Positions 1 through 12,327 of a stretch of DNA of 64,000 nucleotides are shown piece after piece. The stretch's first letter is position 1. Each line of letters begins with the position of its first letter. The position numbers and the translations under genes were made by a program. The notes below the pieces were generated by a model. It did not search any database, was not told the DNA's origin, and was given only the letters and a program-made list of their open reading frames with translations. This stretch comes from Octopus bimaculoides (Eukaryota), in contig NC_068984.1 in assembly GCF_001194135.2 (NCBI RefSeq), forward strand, positions 103,288,273 to 103,352,272. The letters run 5' to 3'.

Positions 1-220
1 GGAGGGGGTAAGGAGGGGGTAAGGAGGGGGTAAGGAAGGGGAGGAAGAGGAGGAGGAAGAAGAAGAAAAAAGGAGAAGAAAAAAGGAGAAGAAAAAAGGA
101 AAAGAAAAAAGAAGAAGAAGAAGAAGAAGAAGAAGAAGAAGAAGAAGAAGAAGAAGAAGAAGAAGAAGAAGAAGAAAAAGAAAAAGAAGAAGAAGAAGAG
201 GAGGAGGAGGAGGAGGAGGT
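1..220. repeat. Purine-rich simple repeat, (GAA)n/(GAG)n and GGAGGGGGTAA units
   Basis: Directly visible tandem units at the window start. Confidence 0.95.
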
Positions 221-1147
221 AAAAGAAAGGCAACTATCGAGTAGTAGTTTATATGATAGTCACGGGTTTGACCTCTTGAGATGAATTTTCATGAACAGTT
301 GATCAAAGCCATATTAACTTCAGAAGGTAAGCAGATGGCCATTTGTGTTAGCCATGGCGATTCTTTACGTGGATATCCGAGGCATAAATGAAGTAGGTTA
401 CAGTGAGCGTCGGAACAGCGGTTTAGCAACTGATCAAAAGGAAAAAATTTAAGAAAAAATTGGTGTTAAGAATTTAAAAGCTCCCATAGTTTGCAACGCA
501 CCATCGTTGTTGTCCTCCATCTCGCTCTTCTCATCGTCATCATCATAATCATCAATATCATCATCATCATCATCGTCGTCGTCATCATGATCATCATCAC
601 CACCATCATCATTATTTTTAACTGCAACTTACACTTGTGTTATGGGGAATGACGAATGCTCGATAAGTCCCGTTCCATAATCGGTGTTTTAAGTCTCTCA
701 GTAATCAAGACACCACTGTCAATGTCCTCCATTCGAGTACCAACCATTAGTTTTGGAATGACGCCGAGGATCCGCCCTCCCATGGATTAGTTCTCTGATA
801 CTAAATGGGGTCATAGTTAAATTTCAGACAAAACAGGAGACTCCTAATAACTATGGACAATCAGTACTTCAATGTTGGCTAATATTAGATCATGCCTATA
901 TTGTGAGATGGGATGATATTATAGACGTAGGTCTGTGTGATAAAGAAGTGTGTGTAACAACCCCGTGGGGTTGAAAGGCGCAAATGAGGATCACAGATAT
1001 CACGTGATTTCGAACATTGAGATATTTCCCTTAGTTCTCACCAGCAGGTCTCGCTGTTACCCAAGGATTAAATTTACGCTCGCTTCGTTATGCCTGTCAA
1101 AATCGTTGAAAGACCAACACCAAATGCAAGCGATATCAGTGTATAAT

Positions 1148-1197
1148 TCTTTTACTTGTTTCAGTCATTTGACTGCGGCCATGCTGGAGCACCGTTT
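1148..1197 (-). mobile_element. 3' tail fragment of SINE family S2
   Basis: TTCTTTTACTTGTTTCAGTCATTTGACTGCGGCCATGCTGGAGCACCG matches the tails at 8655, 8805 and 30655. Confidence 0.7.
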
Positions 1198-2599
1198 AGA
1201 AATCAAATATGTAGAACTCACTATATTGCTATCTTCGATAATTAATTGCTTTTTAAATATAATCTTCGCTTACATTCGATTTCTATTTACAAATCTGCTC
1301 ATACAATTTCAATTTTTAACATTTCAATATTTTTTTTTTCTTATTCAACTGTAACATTTTTAGTATCATATATATTATATAATAAATACATAAACGAAAT
1401 ACATTTTAAGCCATTCAAACTTATTATACGTTACATATTAGCATATTGAAATTATTTATAAACCTGAGCACAGTAAATGATCACAAAACTTCGTATCGCT
1501 TGCTGGATTTCTCTGTTCCGCCATTTTTAGTTTGCAAATTTCCATCAAACATTACAATGACTAAAAGTAAACTTTGTCAGCAATTTCCAAATTGGCAGTA
1601 AATTGAACCAGAGATGATATATGGTTTATTGTGAATTCCATACTAATAGAATATATTTCAGTTACAAAATTAATTAAAGTTAAAATGGCAAAATATTTTT
1701 AATATAACCCAAGCATATTTGAATCTTTTGCCTGTCTTCTGTGTTACGTGTGATACGTAGACATATTTCTCCGGTGCCCATGCATCATATATGATATACA
1801 TTGCCATTTTTTTTCCAACGAAGTTGTAACTTATGAAAGGAAAGCTGAAAACAAGCATGTAAATGAAAATGCTTTGGACAGGCAAAGGTTTAAATAGTAT
1901 CAAACTACTTTTAAAAAATACAAAGAAATGTTGATTCTTAATTTAAAAAGATGTGGAGAAATGGTAAAACCAAAATATTTACTCCGAGTAAGAAGCGTAT
2001 ATTCGAAGCACTTTCCTTCCCGATTTAACTCCGCTCTGTCTTTAACGGAACCCACTCTGTTTCAAGTATTTGGAACAAGTCTCCGGCTGAAGGATAACTT
2101 CCTCCCTACCTCCCACTAGTCTCAGAGTTACTCTAAAGGGCCACATGCACTGATTCCTCCGGAGTGAAATTTTTTTTTTAATATATTAGGAATATGTATT
2201 GAAAATTATATGAATTTATAAAAATCGAGACAAGTTTCAAAATAGTCTAAAATATCTTTCCGATATTGCTCCAAGACATCTAATTCGTCTCACAAAAATT
2301 GCTGAGGACAAAAACTAGGTTGAAGTGAAAAGATTTGAGACACTGATAAAAAAAAAAAAAAGAGAAAAAAAACACGTTTTAAAATTGATAAGAAAATGAT
2401 GAAGTAAGACATAAAAAAGTGAAGGCAGACGAATATAAAATTGATAATAAAAAAGTGAAGGCAGACGAATATATAATTAAGTCCAGACCAATTCTCTGTC
2501 GTCATCGTTATCATTGCCGTCATCATCTGATAACGATCAGATGATTGCCTGTGTATTTCAACCAGAGCGAAAACAAGAGGAAAAGAGTGTGTTGAAAAG

Positions 2600-4085
2600 C
2601 AAATCAAAAGGTTAGACTCCAGTCAGTGAAGATGTTGTAGCTATTCTAGAATGAAACTATGTGGGGGGTGGTACACTGATTAGTGTTTCAGTTCATGTGA
2701 ATTGCGGGATTTTCTCAAATATAGAAAAGAACGTACTTTTCTCCCATCAGCCAAATTCTTTTGCATTCGGATGAATGTGGGTTCAAAATTTGATTGAAAG
2801 AGAAAAGATCAATCAATCATGGATTGTTGTTTCTGGAAGTAAACTTCTAACAGTTCTGGAGATTCTGAAATCTAAGACAAAAGATACTTCTGAGATTATC
2901 GTAGAAACATAAGAAGACTGCGGTGTACGCAGTCACAATAAAACTTTATGATTCGATACAGCAAACGTTAACAACGATTTCTGATGGCAGGTTTTTCTTT
3001 TTTTTTCTTTTAATTCAGAGAGCCCTTGGACGTGATCCCTTTTGTTTTCATTTTTTTTTCTTTATTTTTGATTCATATATTTTTTAACTTTTACTTGAAA
3101 ATGGATTTCTGAAACCTGTTTCAAGTGACTTATTTGAAATTCCAATCTTTATTGTCTTCGAAAACGTTCAAACATGTTGTCTTTGTGTCCGCAATCAAGA
3201 TCATAAAATCACAGCAGATATTGAGACGGCAAATCATTTACAACTCAGGTACGGTGATATAATAGACTATTGAAATATATTCTAACTTAGAAACAGCCAT
3301 GAGATGAATACAGAGAGCTATTTGAACTTGTCATCACTTTCTTTGGTGGATTTTGCAAAGAATTCAAAAAAAGGAATTAACGGAAGCAGAAGTAGTAAAT
3401 CAAACAAGATGGATGTCTCCTATTTTATATTCTTTAAAAATGAGAACATTTCAAAAACGATATTTTATAGACATTTTCTCTTATTCCATCCACACCTATG
3501 ACTTCCCATGACCTAGACTCTAAAGGGTTAAAACATTTTAACATTTTTTGTTTTTATTTCCAAACATTGTATTACTTCAGGGTTTTCTATACCAAAATAA
3601 TAGCTAGAAATTCTTGAAAGCCTAAAAAAATATCAGCTATTTATTGTGTAGGATTAAAGTCTTTCAAATGACATCTTTGGTATCTTTAGGAAAGAATGCA
3701 GTTATGCCCTTTTATTTATCAGTGTTTATGCGACAGAAAGTAAAAATGGCATAATAGTTCAAGGTTCTTTTCAATATAACAGATATACCCTTAATATTGA
3801 TCTCTACAAGATATTCCTTTATTGGTGATCCATCCAGAAAATGCTTGCATTGTTGAACTACCAAAACAACCCTTAGTTGATTTTTGTTCTTCACAAGCAT
3901 TGAAATTTTTTGATATGTTGGAAATATCTACTTCGGTTTTAGATTTAGATACTTCTACATGGAAAACCAATGATACGTTCTTGAAAGTAAAAAGAACAGT
4001 TTTACCTCTCACTAACCATACTGAAAGAAGAACAATACTTATTCAGTTATTCACAAAACCACCAAAACTAAAACTGAGTAGTTAG
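2600..4085 (+). pseudogene. Degenerate hAT-like (hATm-type) DNA transposase
   Basis: Collinear peptide remnants across frameshifts and stops: WIVVSG, FDTANVNN, QRALGRDPF, DEYRELFELVITFFGG (3303), TRWMSPILYSLK, HLWYL*E, and ORF 3822-4085 FFDMLEISTSVLDLDTSTW...LTNHTERRTILIQLF. These resemble FDTT.SNTG, DDYRELLEL, ARWM.K.IY.LK, HLWYLSEE and V.ND.AER as recalled for this family; the subfamily name is inference. Confidence 0.7.
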
Positions 4086-4559
4086 AATATCTCTTCTAAG
4101 TAGTTGGAGTGAATAGAGTGGTCTTCAACGTTGCTTGGAATTTGTTGATGGCACCGTTTCCGCTTTTCTTATAACATTTTTCTTCACTTGCAGATCGTTG
4201 AACAATCAAAGGAATTTATTCTTTTAAGCGGAAATCTCTCTCTATTCATGTTTTATTATGTTTGTTATTGCAAAAACGTTTTTTGTTGCCGTATTCGCAT
4301 ACATGCAAATATATCTCCATACATGTTCATGCATGCATCTCGTAGATGCTCCAGAATGAATTATTAGTGATGTTTCTAGAGTCTCATAGACCTTTGGGTC
4401 TTTCGACATCATTTTCCCTGACCTCGCCCTGTTGACCCAACCGGGGTTCAACAAGTGTCAGCTTGTATCCCAGTATGTTCGTGTATTTGTGTTTGTGTGT
4501 GCGTGTCGTCATTTCTTAAAACCTTTTTCTTAAATTTTTCTCTTCCCCTCACAGAGCTA

Positions 4560-5090
4560 CCAATTCTCTCTTCTGAATATTTATTTAAAACTTACTGCCA
4601 TGCTGAGATGTTTCACACTCAAACACTTGCACGAACATCTATCACAACTTCCACATTCCTCTAGCACTTCTTTAGGTTTCGCCAACATCATTTTTTTTCT
4701 TTTTTCCCTCCCACTCGCGTCCCTGCTGTCACTTCCTTATATCCACGTTTCCTTATCACTCACTTAACGATCACACACATACCAACACGTTACACCTCTC
4801 TCTAACTAAAACCACTCCACTTTCACCCTTTCAAACATCTTCACACACACGCACACTCCACCAAAACACATGCACACACCATTTCCTCTTATGCCTGCAT
4901 CCAGACACGGATACACTCCTATTCTTGCAACTACACATCCATTCTCAAATCCTTTGTAGAGACCACCTAGAAAAAAGCATCCCCACCTGGTTTTTGACTC
5001 TTCCTAGGTCTCCTTTCCTTGGTCTCCCTTCCTTGGTCTCCCTTCCTTAGTCTCTCTTCCTTTGTCTCCCTTCTTTGGTCTCCTTTCCCT
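4560..5090 (-). mobile_element. Possible 5' (endonuclease-start) fragment of an RTE-like LINE with a 14-bp TTCCTTGGTCTCCC repeat
   Basis: Minus strand is purine-rich with a weak NVG..R..E..CVQE-like remnant. The 14-bp units at about 5006-5090 are directly visible. Confidence 0.3.
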
Positions 5091-5373
5091 CCTCTCTCTC
5101 TCTCTCTCACTCACTCTCTCTATCTATCTATCTATCTATCTATCACACACTGACTGACTATTTCTCTTTCTCACTCTCCCAATGCTTTCCTCTTCTTATG
5201 AAGGACTAACATCCGAAACATTAAAGCACATTCTCTTTCTTTTGAAGTGTTAAACTAATACCGTATTAGTTAAACATTGTCTTTCTTTTGTTATTTTTTT
5301 TATATTGCTCATTATATTTGTATATAAACTCACTTATATAAATGCATATTTATATACATACATATACATATGT

Positions 5374-5740
5374 AAAAGAGTGTGTCGAAAAGCAAATCAA
5401 AAGGTTAGACTCCAGTCAGTGAAGATGTTGTAGCTATTCTAGAATGAAACTATGTGGGGGGTGGTACACTGATTAGTGTCTCAGTTCATGTGAATTGCGG
5501 GATTTTCTCAAATATAGAAAAGAACGTACTTTTCTCCCATCAGCCAAATTCTTTTGCATTCGGATGAATGTGGGTTCAAAATTTGATTGAAAGAGAAAAG
5601 ATCAATCAATCATGGATTGTTGTTTCTGGAAGTAAACTTCTAACAGTTCTGGAGATTCTGAAATCTAAGACAAAAGATACTTCTGAGATTATCGTAGAAA
5701 CATAAGAAGACTGCGGTGTACGCAGTCACAATAAAACTTT
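5374..5740 (+). repeat. Near-identical 367-bp copy of 2581-2947, ending at an N-gap
   Basis: Direct comparison shows only two substitutions (gttgaaaagc/gtcgaaaagc; gtttcag/gtctcag). Confidence 0.95.
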
Positions 5741-6539
5741 NNNNNNNNNNNNNNNNNNNNNNNNNNNNNNNNNNNNNNNNNNNNNNNNNNNNNNNNNNNN
5801 NNNNNNNNNNNNNNNNNNNNNNNNNNNNNNNNNNNNNNNNNNNNNNNNNNNNNNNNNNNNNNNNNNNNNNNNNNNNNNNNNNNNNNNNNNNNNNNNNNNN
5901 NNNNNNNNNNNNNNNNNNNNNNNNNNNNNNNNNNNNNNNNNNNNNNNNNNNNNNNNNNNNNNNNNNNNNNNNNNNNNNNNNNNNNNNNNNNNNNNNNNNN
6001 NNNNNNNNNNNNNNNNNNNNNNNNNNNNNNNNNNNNNNNNNNNNNNNNNNNNNNNNNNNNNNNNNNNNNNNNNNNNNNNNNNNNNNNNNNNNNNNNNNNN
6101 NNNNNNNNNNNNNNNNNNNNNNNNNNNNNNNNNNNNNNNNNNNNNNNNNNNNNNNNNNNNNNNNNNNNNNNNNNNNNNNNNNNNNNNNNNNNNTATATAT
6201 ATATATATATATTAGCTTAAGTAGAGACACCATGTATGTGGAGCAGATAAATTATAAGTTTACCCACGTACACTTGAACAATTTTAGTTCGATACGTACA
6301 TGCCTATATAAGTTTACTAAATGCATACATGTCACTCTTTTTTCAATCTGTGTATGGGTACGCATGCATGTGCATGTGTGTGTTTCAGTATGTCCTTTTA
6401 TGTGCGTGTAGTGCGGTGTATGTGTGCGTCTCTCTCAGTCTGTCTCTCTCTCTCAATATATATATATATGTATACATGTATGTATGTGTGTGTATATGTG
6501 TGTGCGCGCCCGAACCTACATCAATCAGTCGATCAAACC

Positions 6540-6700
6540 TAAGATAAAACTTACCCATCATGTTATACTTTAACCTTGCTCCTCGTATCAAATTAATTTT
6601 CCACTTGTCTACATCGTTCTCTGTTCGAAACCCTATCTCTTCATTCCTCATACATCTGTCTGTCAGGTGAACCTTTATTTAGCGAGATACAATCCTTATA
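6540..6700 (-). mobile_element. Decayed LINE fragment from the region C-terminal to RT
   Basis: DRCMRNEEIGFRT...IRGARLKY resembles the RTE-type R.RNEEIR.RT...IR..RL.W motif. Confidence 0.35.
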
Positions 6701-7460
6701 TTCTGTTTCTATCCCCGCTGACATGTCTATTAAAACTGTGATATGCTCTAGGTGAATCCCTAACCATCAGCTTGACAGGATGTCTTGTAACTTCTTTTAT
6801 CTAAACTTGTTCAGGTACGGCTACTGAGAATCAATAACAATTGCTAAAACTGCCTGCAGACACATGAATACAAACGCATTCGTGAAAACACGTACGCACA
6901 CGCTCGCGCGCACCCACTCATACACAGACACACACACACACACGCACACACACACACACAGAAGCGTACTATCACATATACGTGTGTGTGTGTGTGTGTG
7001 TGTGCGTGCGTGCGTGCGTGTGATCCCATGCGTTTGTGTGTCTGCGTGATTTTATGCGTAAAAGTATACAATCAAAGAAACATACACTCACGCACACACA
7101 TTCACAAACCTCAAAGATGCTCATCCATAAAATAAATTAAATTAAGTAAGCTCAAGGAAGGTCCCATGATAACCAGTGCTTAGCTAGAATTTCATATTAT
7201 AGATGAAAGGTCGATATTCCCTTGGGTAACATGTCCAGATAACCTGGTACGACTTGTTCCTGGAATTAAGATGATCCATTGTTGCTAGATGAAATAGTTC
7301 TGGCTAAGAACGCTAGCATCAGATTGGGTCTTATTTCACAGTACCTTAAATTATTCATGTACATGTGCACTCCATACATATATGCATACATATGTGTGTA
7401 TTGCATGTGTGTCTGCATATAGATATGTATGTATGTATATTCACGTCCTCATGTTGTCCC

Positions 7461-7496
<36 letters not shown>

Positions 7497-7559
7497 ATAA
7501 TGATACTCTTTCGATGAAGTTATAAATATTTTAATGCATCGCTATGCGCGTTTCTACAA

Positions 7560-8052
7560 ATTACTTGTTTCTTAACCCCATAGGCTGTAACTGTTATTAT
7601 AGAATAGGAGCAAAAACCTGGACCTGCTCCATGATAAAAACTGGTGGGAACGCAAACCACCTCCAGTGCTTGAAAATAATCACATCTCACTCCTTTGGGA
7701 CTTCACCATTCAAACTGACAGAAAGATAGATGCAAATAAGCCAGACATTATATTGAAAGACTTCAGACAAAAATCATGCCTCCTCATTGATATGACTGTT
7801 CCAAACGATATAAACGTATCTGTCAAGACCTACTAAAAACTGAGTAACTATAACGATCTTGAAATAGAAATTAGCAAAATGTGGAACCTGAAGACTAAAA
7901 CAGTACCTGTTGTCATAGGTGCCCTAGGAATGATAACAAAAGGGGCTGATTGCTATCTAGCTCAGATACCAGGAAAACCAAAAATGGCAGAAATTCAAAA
8001 GATAGTGCTGATGGGAACTGCCTATATGCTATGTAAAATACTGACTATGTAA
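7560..8052 (+). mobile_element. 3' fragment of an R4/Dong-clade non-LTR retrotransposon (restriction-like endonuclease domain)
   Basis: Translates KNWWERKPPPVLENN, ISLLWDFTIQTDRKIDANKPDIILKD...CLLIDMTVP...KL..Y.DLEIEISKMWNLKTKTVPVVIGALG, which is the PD..D..K RLE signature, with one stop. Confidence 0.85.
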
Positions 8053-8347
8053 TCTCAAATTGTAAAACAAACTCATAATTTTCTTATGGTTTCTTAAACA
8101 TTCTCTAGAACAATGTATGTATGTATGTATGTATGTATGTATATGCATAACTATATGTAACTATGTATAATTAGAAATGACCACAAAATTAATTACTGAT
8201 ATTAATGTAAGCTACGTAACAAGATGTTACGTAACCACTTGAAAGGAAGTTATTAGATATATTCGAAATATCCGTAATTCGTTTTGTGATAATTTCTAAT
8301 CATATACGATCCATGTTAATAACAAATTAGCTTATTCTTGCTTGAAT

Positions 8348-8404
8348 AATACGGTTGTAATACAATACGGTTGTAATACAATACGGTTGTAATACAATAC
8401 GGTT
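8348..8404. repeat. 16-bp minisatellite (AATACGGTTGTAATAC) x3.5
   Basis: Perfect tandem units. Confidence 0.95.
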
Positions 8405-8548
8405 ATTGGAGTGGAATATGGCTCTGGTCATTCAGTCGAAAATATGTGGTAAAGTTGACTGCATCGAAGCATCTTACCGAAAAATTGTGTGTGTGTGCGT
8501 GTGTGTTTATGTGTGTGAGTGTATGTGTGTGTACACATGTATGTGCAT

Positions 8549-8646
<98 letters not shown>

Positions 8647-8654
8647 CATATATA

Positions 8655-8798
8655 TCTTACTTGTTTCAGTCATTAGATTTCGGCCATGCTAAGGCATCGT
8701 CTTATAGACTTGTAGTAGAAGGCACTAACCCAAGTGCCACGCAGTGGGACTGAACCTGGAACTATGTGGTTGGGAAGCAAGCTTCTTATCACACAGTC
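8655..8798 (-). mobile_element. Internally deleted S2 SINE
   Basis: Tail remnant CTTGTTTCAGTCATT..CGGCCATGC joined to head remnant GTGCCACGCAGTGGGACTGAACC...GGGAAGCAAGCTTCTTA. Confidence 0.75.
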
Positions 8799-8799
8799 T

Positions 8800-9040
8800 T
8801 TTATTCTTTTACTTGTTTCAGACATCTGACTGCGGCCATGCTGGACCACCGCCTTGAAGGCGTTTTTTATTTAGTTGGACATATGGACACCAAGACTCTT
8901 TTTTAACCCTAGTACTCTTTCTATCTTAGCCGAACCGCTAAGTTACGGGAACGTAAACACAGCTACACCGGTTGTCAAGCTGTGATCTTGGGGGACAATC
9001 ACAGACACAAAGACATGCTCACACATACACATACAAACAC

Positions 9041-9071
<31 letters not shown>

Positions 9072-9397
9072 NNNNNNNNNNNNNNNNNNNNNNNNNNNNN
9101 NNNNNNNNNNNNNNNNNNNNNNNNNNNNNNNNNNNNNNNNNNNNNNNNNNNNNNNNNNNNNNNNNNNNNNNNNNNNNNNNNNNNNNNNNNNNNNNNNNNN
9201 NNNNNNNNNNNNNNNNNNNNNNNNNNNNNNNNNATATATATATTTTTACGACGGGTTTCTTTCAGTTTACGCCTACCACAAGGCTTTGGTTGGTCCGAGG
9301 CTATAGTACAAGACAACTGCCCAAGGTGCCACGCAGTGGGACCGAACCCGAAACCATGTTATTGAGAAGCAGGCTTCTTACCGCACAGTCACGCCTG
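8800..9397 (-). mobile_element. S2 SINE (tRNA-like head, internal microsatellite and gap, tail)
   Basis: Head at 9247-9397 and tail at 8800-9000 match the copies at 26279, 30650 and 42795. Confidence 0.85.
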
Positions 9398-9404
9398 CAT
9401 CTAT

Positions 9405-9760
9405 GTATACCTGGTGCCAGTGCTGCTTCTCCTCGTTTCAAAGATTTGAGCAAAGTCCACTGCAGCATCGAGACCAGCTCATGCAAGCATGAAGGCACAC
9501 TGGCAAAATGCTGCTCCTCTAAATGGAAATCTTACCTGTCATTGTTGTTTTGTGGCACGAAACAAGGCAGGCCGTGCCGTCCACTGAAGAAAACATATAG
9601 TAAATGATCCACAAGCACTCGAGCAAACTGAGACCTCAACTTGTTCCATCTGCCAAAATATTTGCAAGGCATCTGTATGTCTCAAGAGACACATGCGTGT
9701 CTATACAACATGATTACCGCTTTATCTTACTGAACCGGCATTTGTCGCTCACGACGAGGG
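9405..9760 (+). mobile_element. 3' end of an RTE (BovB-like) LINE with terminal C2H2-type finger
   Basis: PRFKD... followed by TCSICQNICKASVCLKRHMRVYTT*. Confidence 0.55.
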
Positions 9761-9766
9761 AGCCAG

Positions 9767-9818
<52 letters not shown>

Positions 9819-9864
9819 ATATATATGCATATATACTTACGTATACGTACATACTTGCATGTAT

Positions 9865-10062
9865 GCATATGTGGGCACACACAGGACGTCACAAAACGTA
9901 AGCAACAAAAAATACGAGGTACGAGGACAGAATATCAACTTTTTTGCGAACAACGAAAGAAACAAATGGAAAACAAGACAAACAACACAAAGACCGACTC
10001 TTCATCAGTTGTCGGCTGTTTTTCTAATCCGTATTTCGAGCAACTCGCGACAAGATACGCCT
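9865..10062 (-). repeat. Interspersed repeat, possible Penelope-type terminal repeat
   Basis: Shares the order TCGAAA..CTGATGAAG..TACGTT.TG..GTCCTGT..CATATGC with 11195-11340. Confidence 0.4.
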
Positions 10063-11194
10063 TCGATAATACAGTTGTGTGTATGTATGTATATTTGTAT
10101 GACTGTATATCCATATGTGTTAAGTGTATACATTTTTTCTATCACTTGTAAACTATATAATAATTTTCATATATTCATATATTCGTTTTTGTTCCTATTC
10201 ATTTTTTATTGTCTCCCCCTTCAAGGTAATTCTTGAATACACCGACCGATCCTGTCTGTGATCGTTGCTCTTTCTTCGTTAAGTTCATTCTGGTTTTTTC
10301 TCTGCTTGTATGTACATTTTTGCTTAAATATTGTATCCTTTTCAAACATAGTCTTGCCTATCAGCTTTTAAGGCTCTTGTAATATATATATATATATTTT
10401 TTCGTTTTTCATTATTAATATGCATACGTATAACTCTATTGGGCTTTTTTTCTGCTAGTGCACCTGTTGCGTTATATTCTACTATACACACGTGGCCTTG
10501 TTTACATTATACTTCGTCTCGACCTGTTACTATTTCTTTAAACATATCCGTTAGATTTTTTATAACAATATGAGTATAATATAATACAATACACAGATTT
10601 TAAAAAATGGAATTAAATAACTATATACATTAACAAAATAAATTAAATACTAAAAAAGAAAGAATAGAAAAAATAAGTAGGTATAAACACATGAACAAAA
10701 TAAATGAAAATAAAAACAAATTAAACGAACGTGTATAAGCAGGGGTTACTGATAATACAGACACATCTTCCCCTCACACACACACACTTACTAAATATAG
10801 ACACACACAGGGGTATACGCATGCGCAAATAAGGACACATGCAATAGGAATATAAAATGGCTGATCATTAGTAAGGAAAGACACACAAAAAAGAAAGAAG
10901 GCAAAGGACAACTGATGAGGTCACAGAAGTGTGACGAAAGAACTCTGGCGGAAATACGATTAATATAAAATAAAGCTGAAGCAAATGAACACCAAATATA
11001 TAGTGCGTGTGTTTTTATTGGCTAAACTGGCAACATGACCATCTCCAAATACAACAATATCTGTTTCAACACACGAATTCACATCAAGAATCTTGCAAAA
11101 CGAATATATATATATTTATATTTATTTATTTGTTTATATATATATATATATAAACAAATAGTAAATGAGTATATGCATATATACGTACAGGTAT

Positions 11195-11340
11195 GTGCGT
11201 ACCGACATCCACCTGTATGTATAGGTGCATATCTGGGTACAGGACATTGCAAACAGAACGTAGACGAGAAAACATACAAGCCACATAGAGAACATTCTAC
11301 TTCATCAGCTACCCCCGTTTTAACACCGGCGTTTCGAATA
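11195..11340 (-). repeat. Second diverged member of the 9865-10062 repeat family
   Basis: Same motif order as the 9865 copy. Confidence 0.4.
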
Positions 11341-12021
11341 TATATATAATTACACACACATACACAACACACACACATACACAACACACACACATACACA
11401 ACACACACACATACACACATACGCACGCACACACACACACTAGAGTGTGTTTCTGTGTGCGTCGTTGTTGTTGTCGCAATAGACTTTCTTCTGGTGGACT
11501 AAGTATCTCCATCAGCTGGTAATGGACAGACTTACTTCATTTATTTAACTTTTTATTAATTATTGCCATCAATCTTCGGAAGCGTCATATTCAGAATCTG
11601 GGCGCAGCAGACCGGCACCAATAAATATTCTTGGTTGAAAGTTATTTGTTTAGCTTATTATTAGCGCAATCAATAAAGTCTCGTACGGTAAAATGAATGT
11701 GTGCATATATTTCTTATACACACACACATATACATATGTTTATATTATTTAGTTATTTAGAAATGATATAGCAATTTATGAAAGAAAGATGTCAGTAACC
11801 ATGGATACAAGTATATCTCTACGATCTGTGCGATTACGTAGAAACTACATAAACGCATGTACTCCTGGTTCGATTCTACTTTAACTTTTATCATTTCTCT
11901 CCTACTTTAACCTTGAGTATGCCATGTGCTTATAAGTGACATTTTGTAGATAGAAATAATTGGAAGTCTATCGTATGTACAAAAGTACAGATACGCACAT
12001 ACACACAGATACAAACACGCA

Positions 12022-12063
<42 letters not shown>

Positions 12064-12327
12064 TACATACGCGCGCGCATATACAAGCATATATGTATTT
12101 ACTTTTGTGTGGATTCAGACAAACAGACTGACAGAGCACATATATGCGCTGAATAAAAAGAAACCGAACTTACCAAATGATGTACTAGCTGTTACAACCA
12201 GCTCATACGGTGTAAATTAGGACTGTATATGGTGTAACTTAGGAATCTATTGCTATGCATGTCCCTATGCCAGGTTTCAGGTTCATACATGCATACATAA
12301 GTGCGTGGTGTGTGTGCGTGCGTGCGT

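Noticed and set aside
6555-6660. Host exon on the minus strand with a strong GTAAGT donor
   Set aside because: The peptide resembles a LINE post-RT motif and no good acceptor is present.
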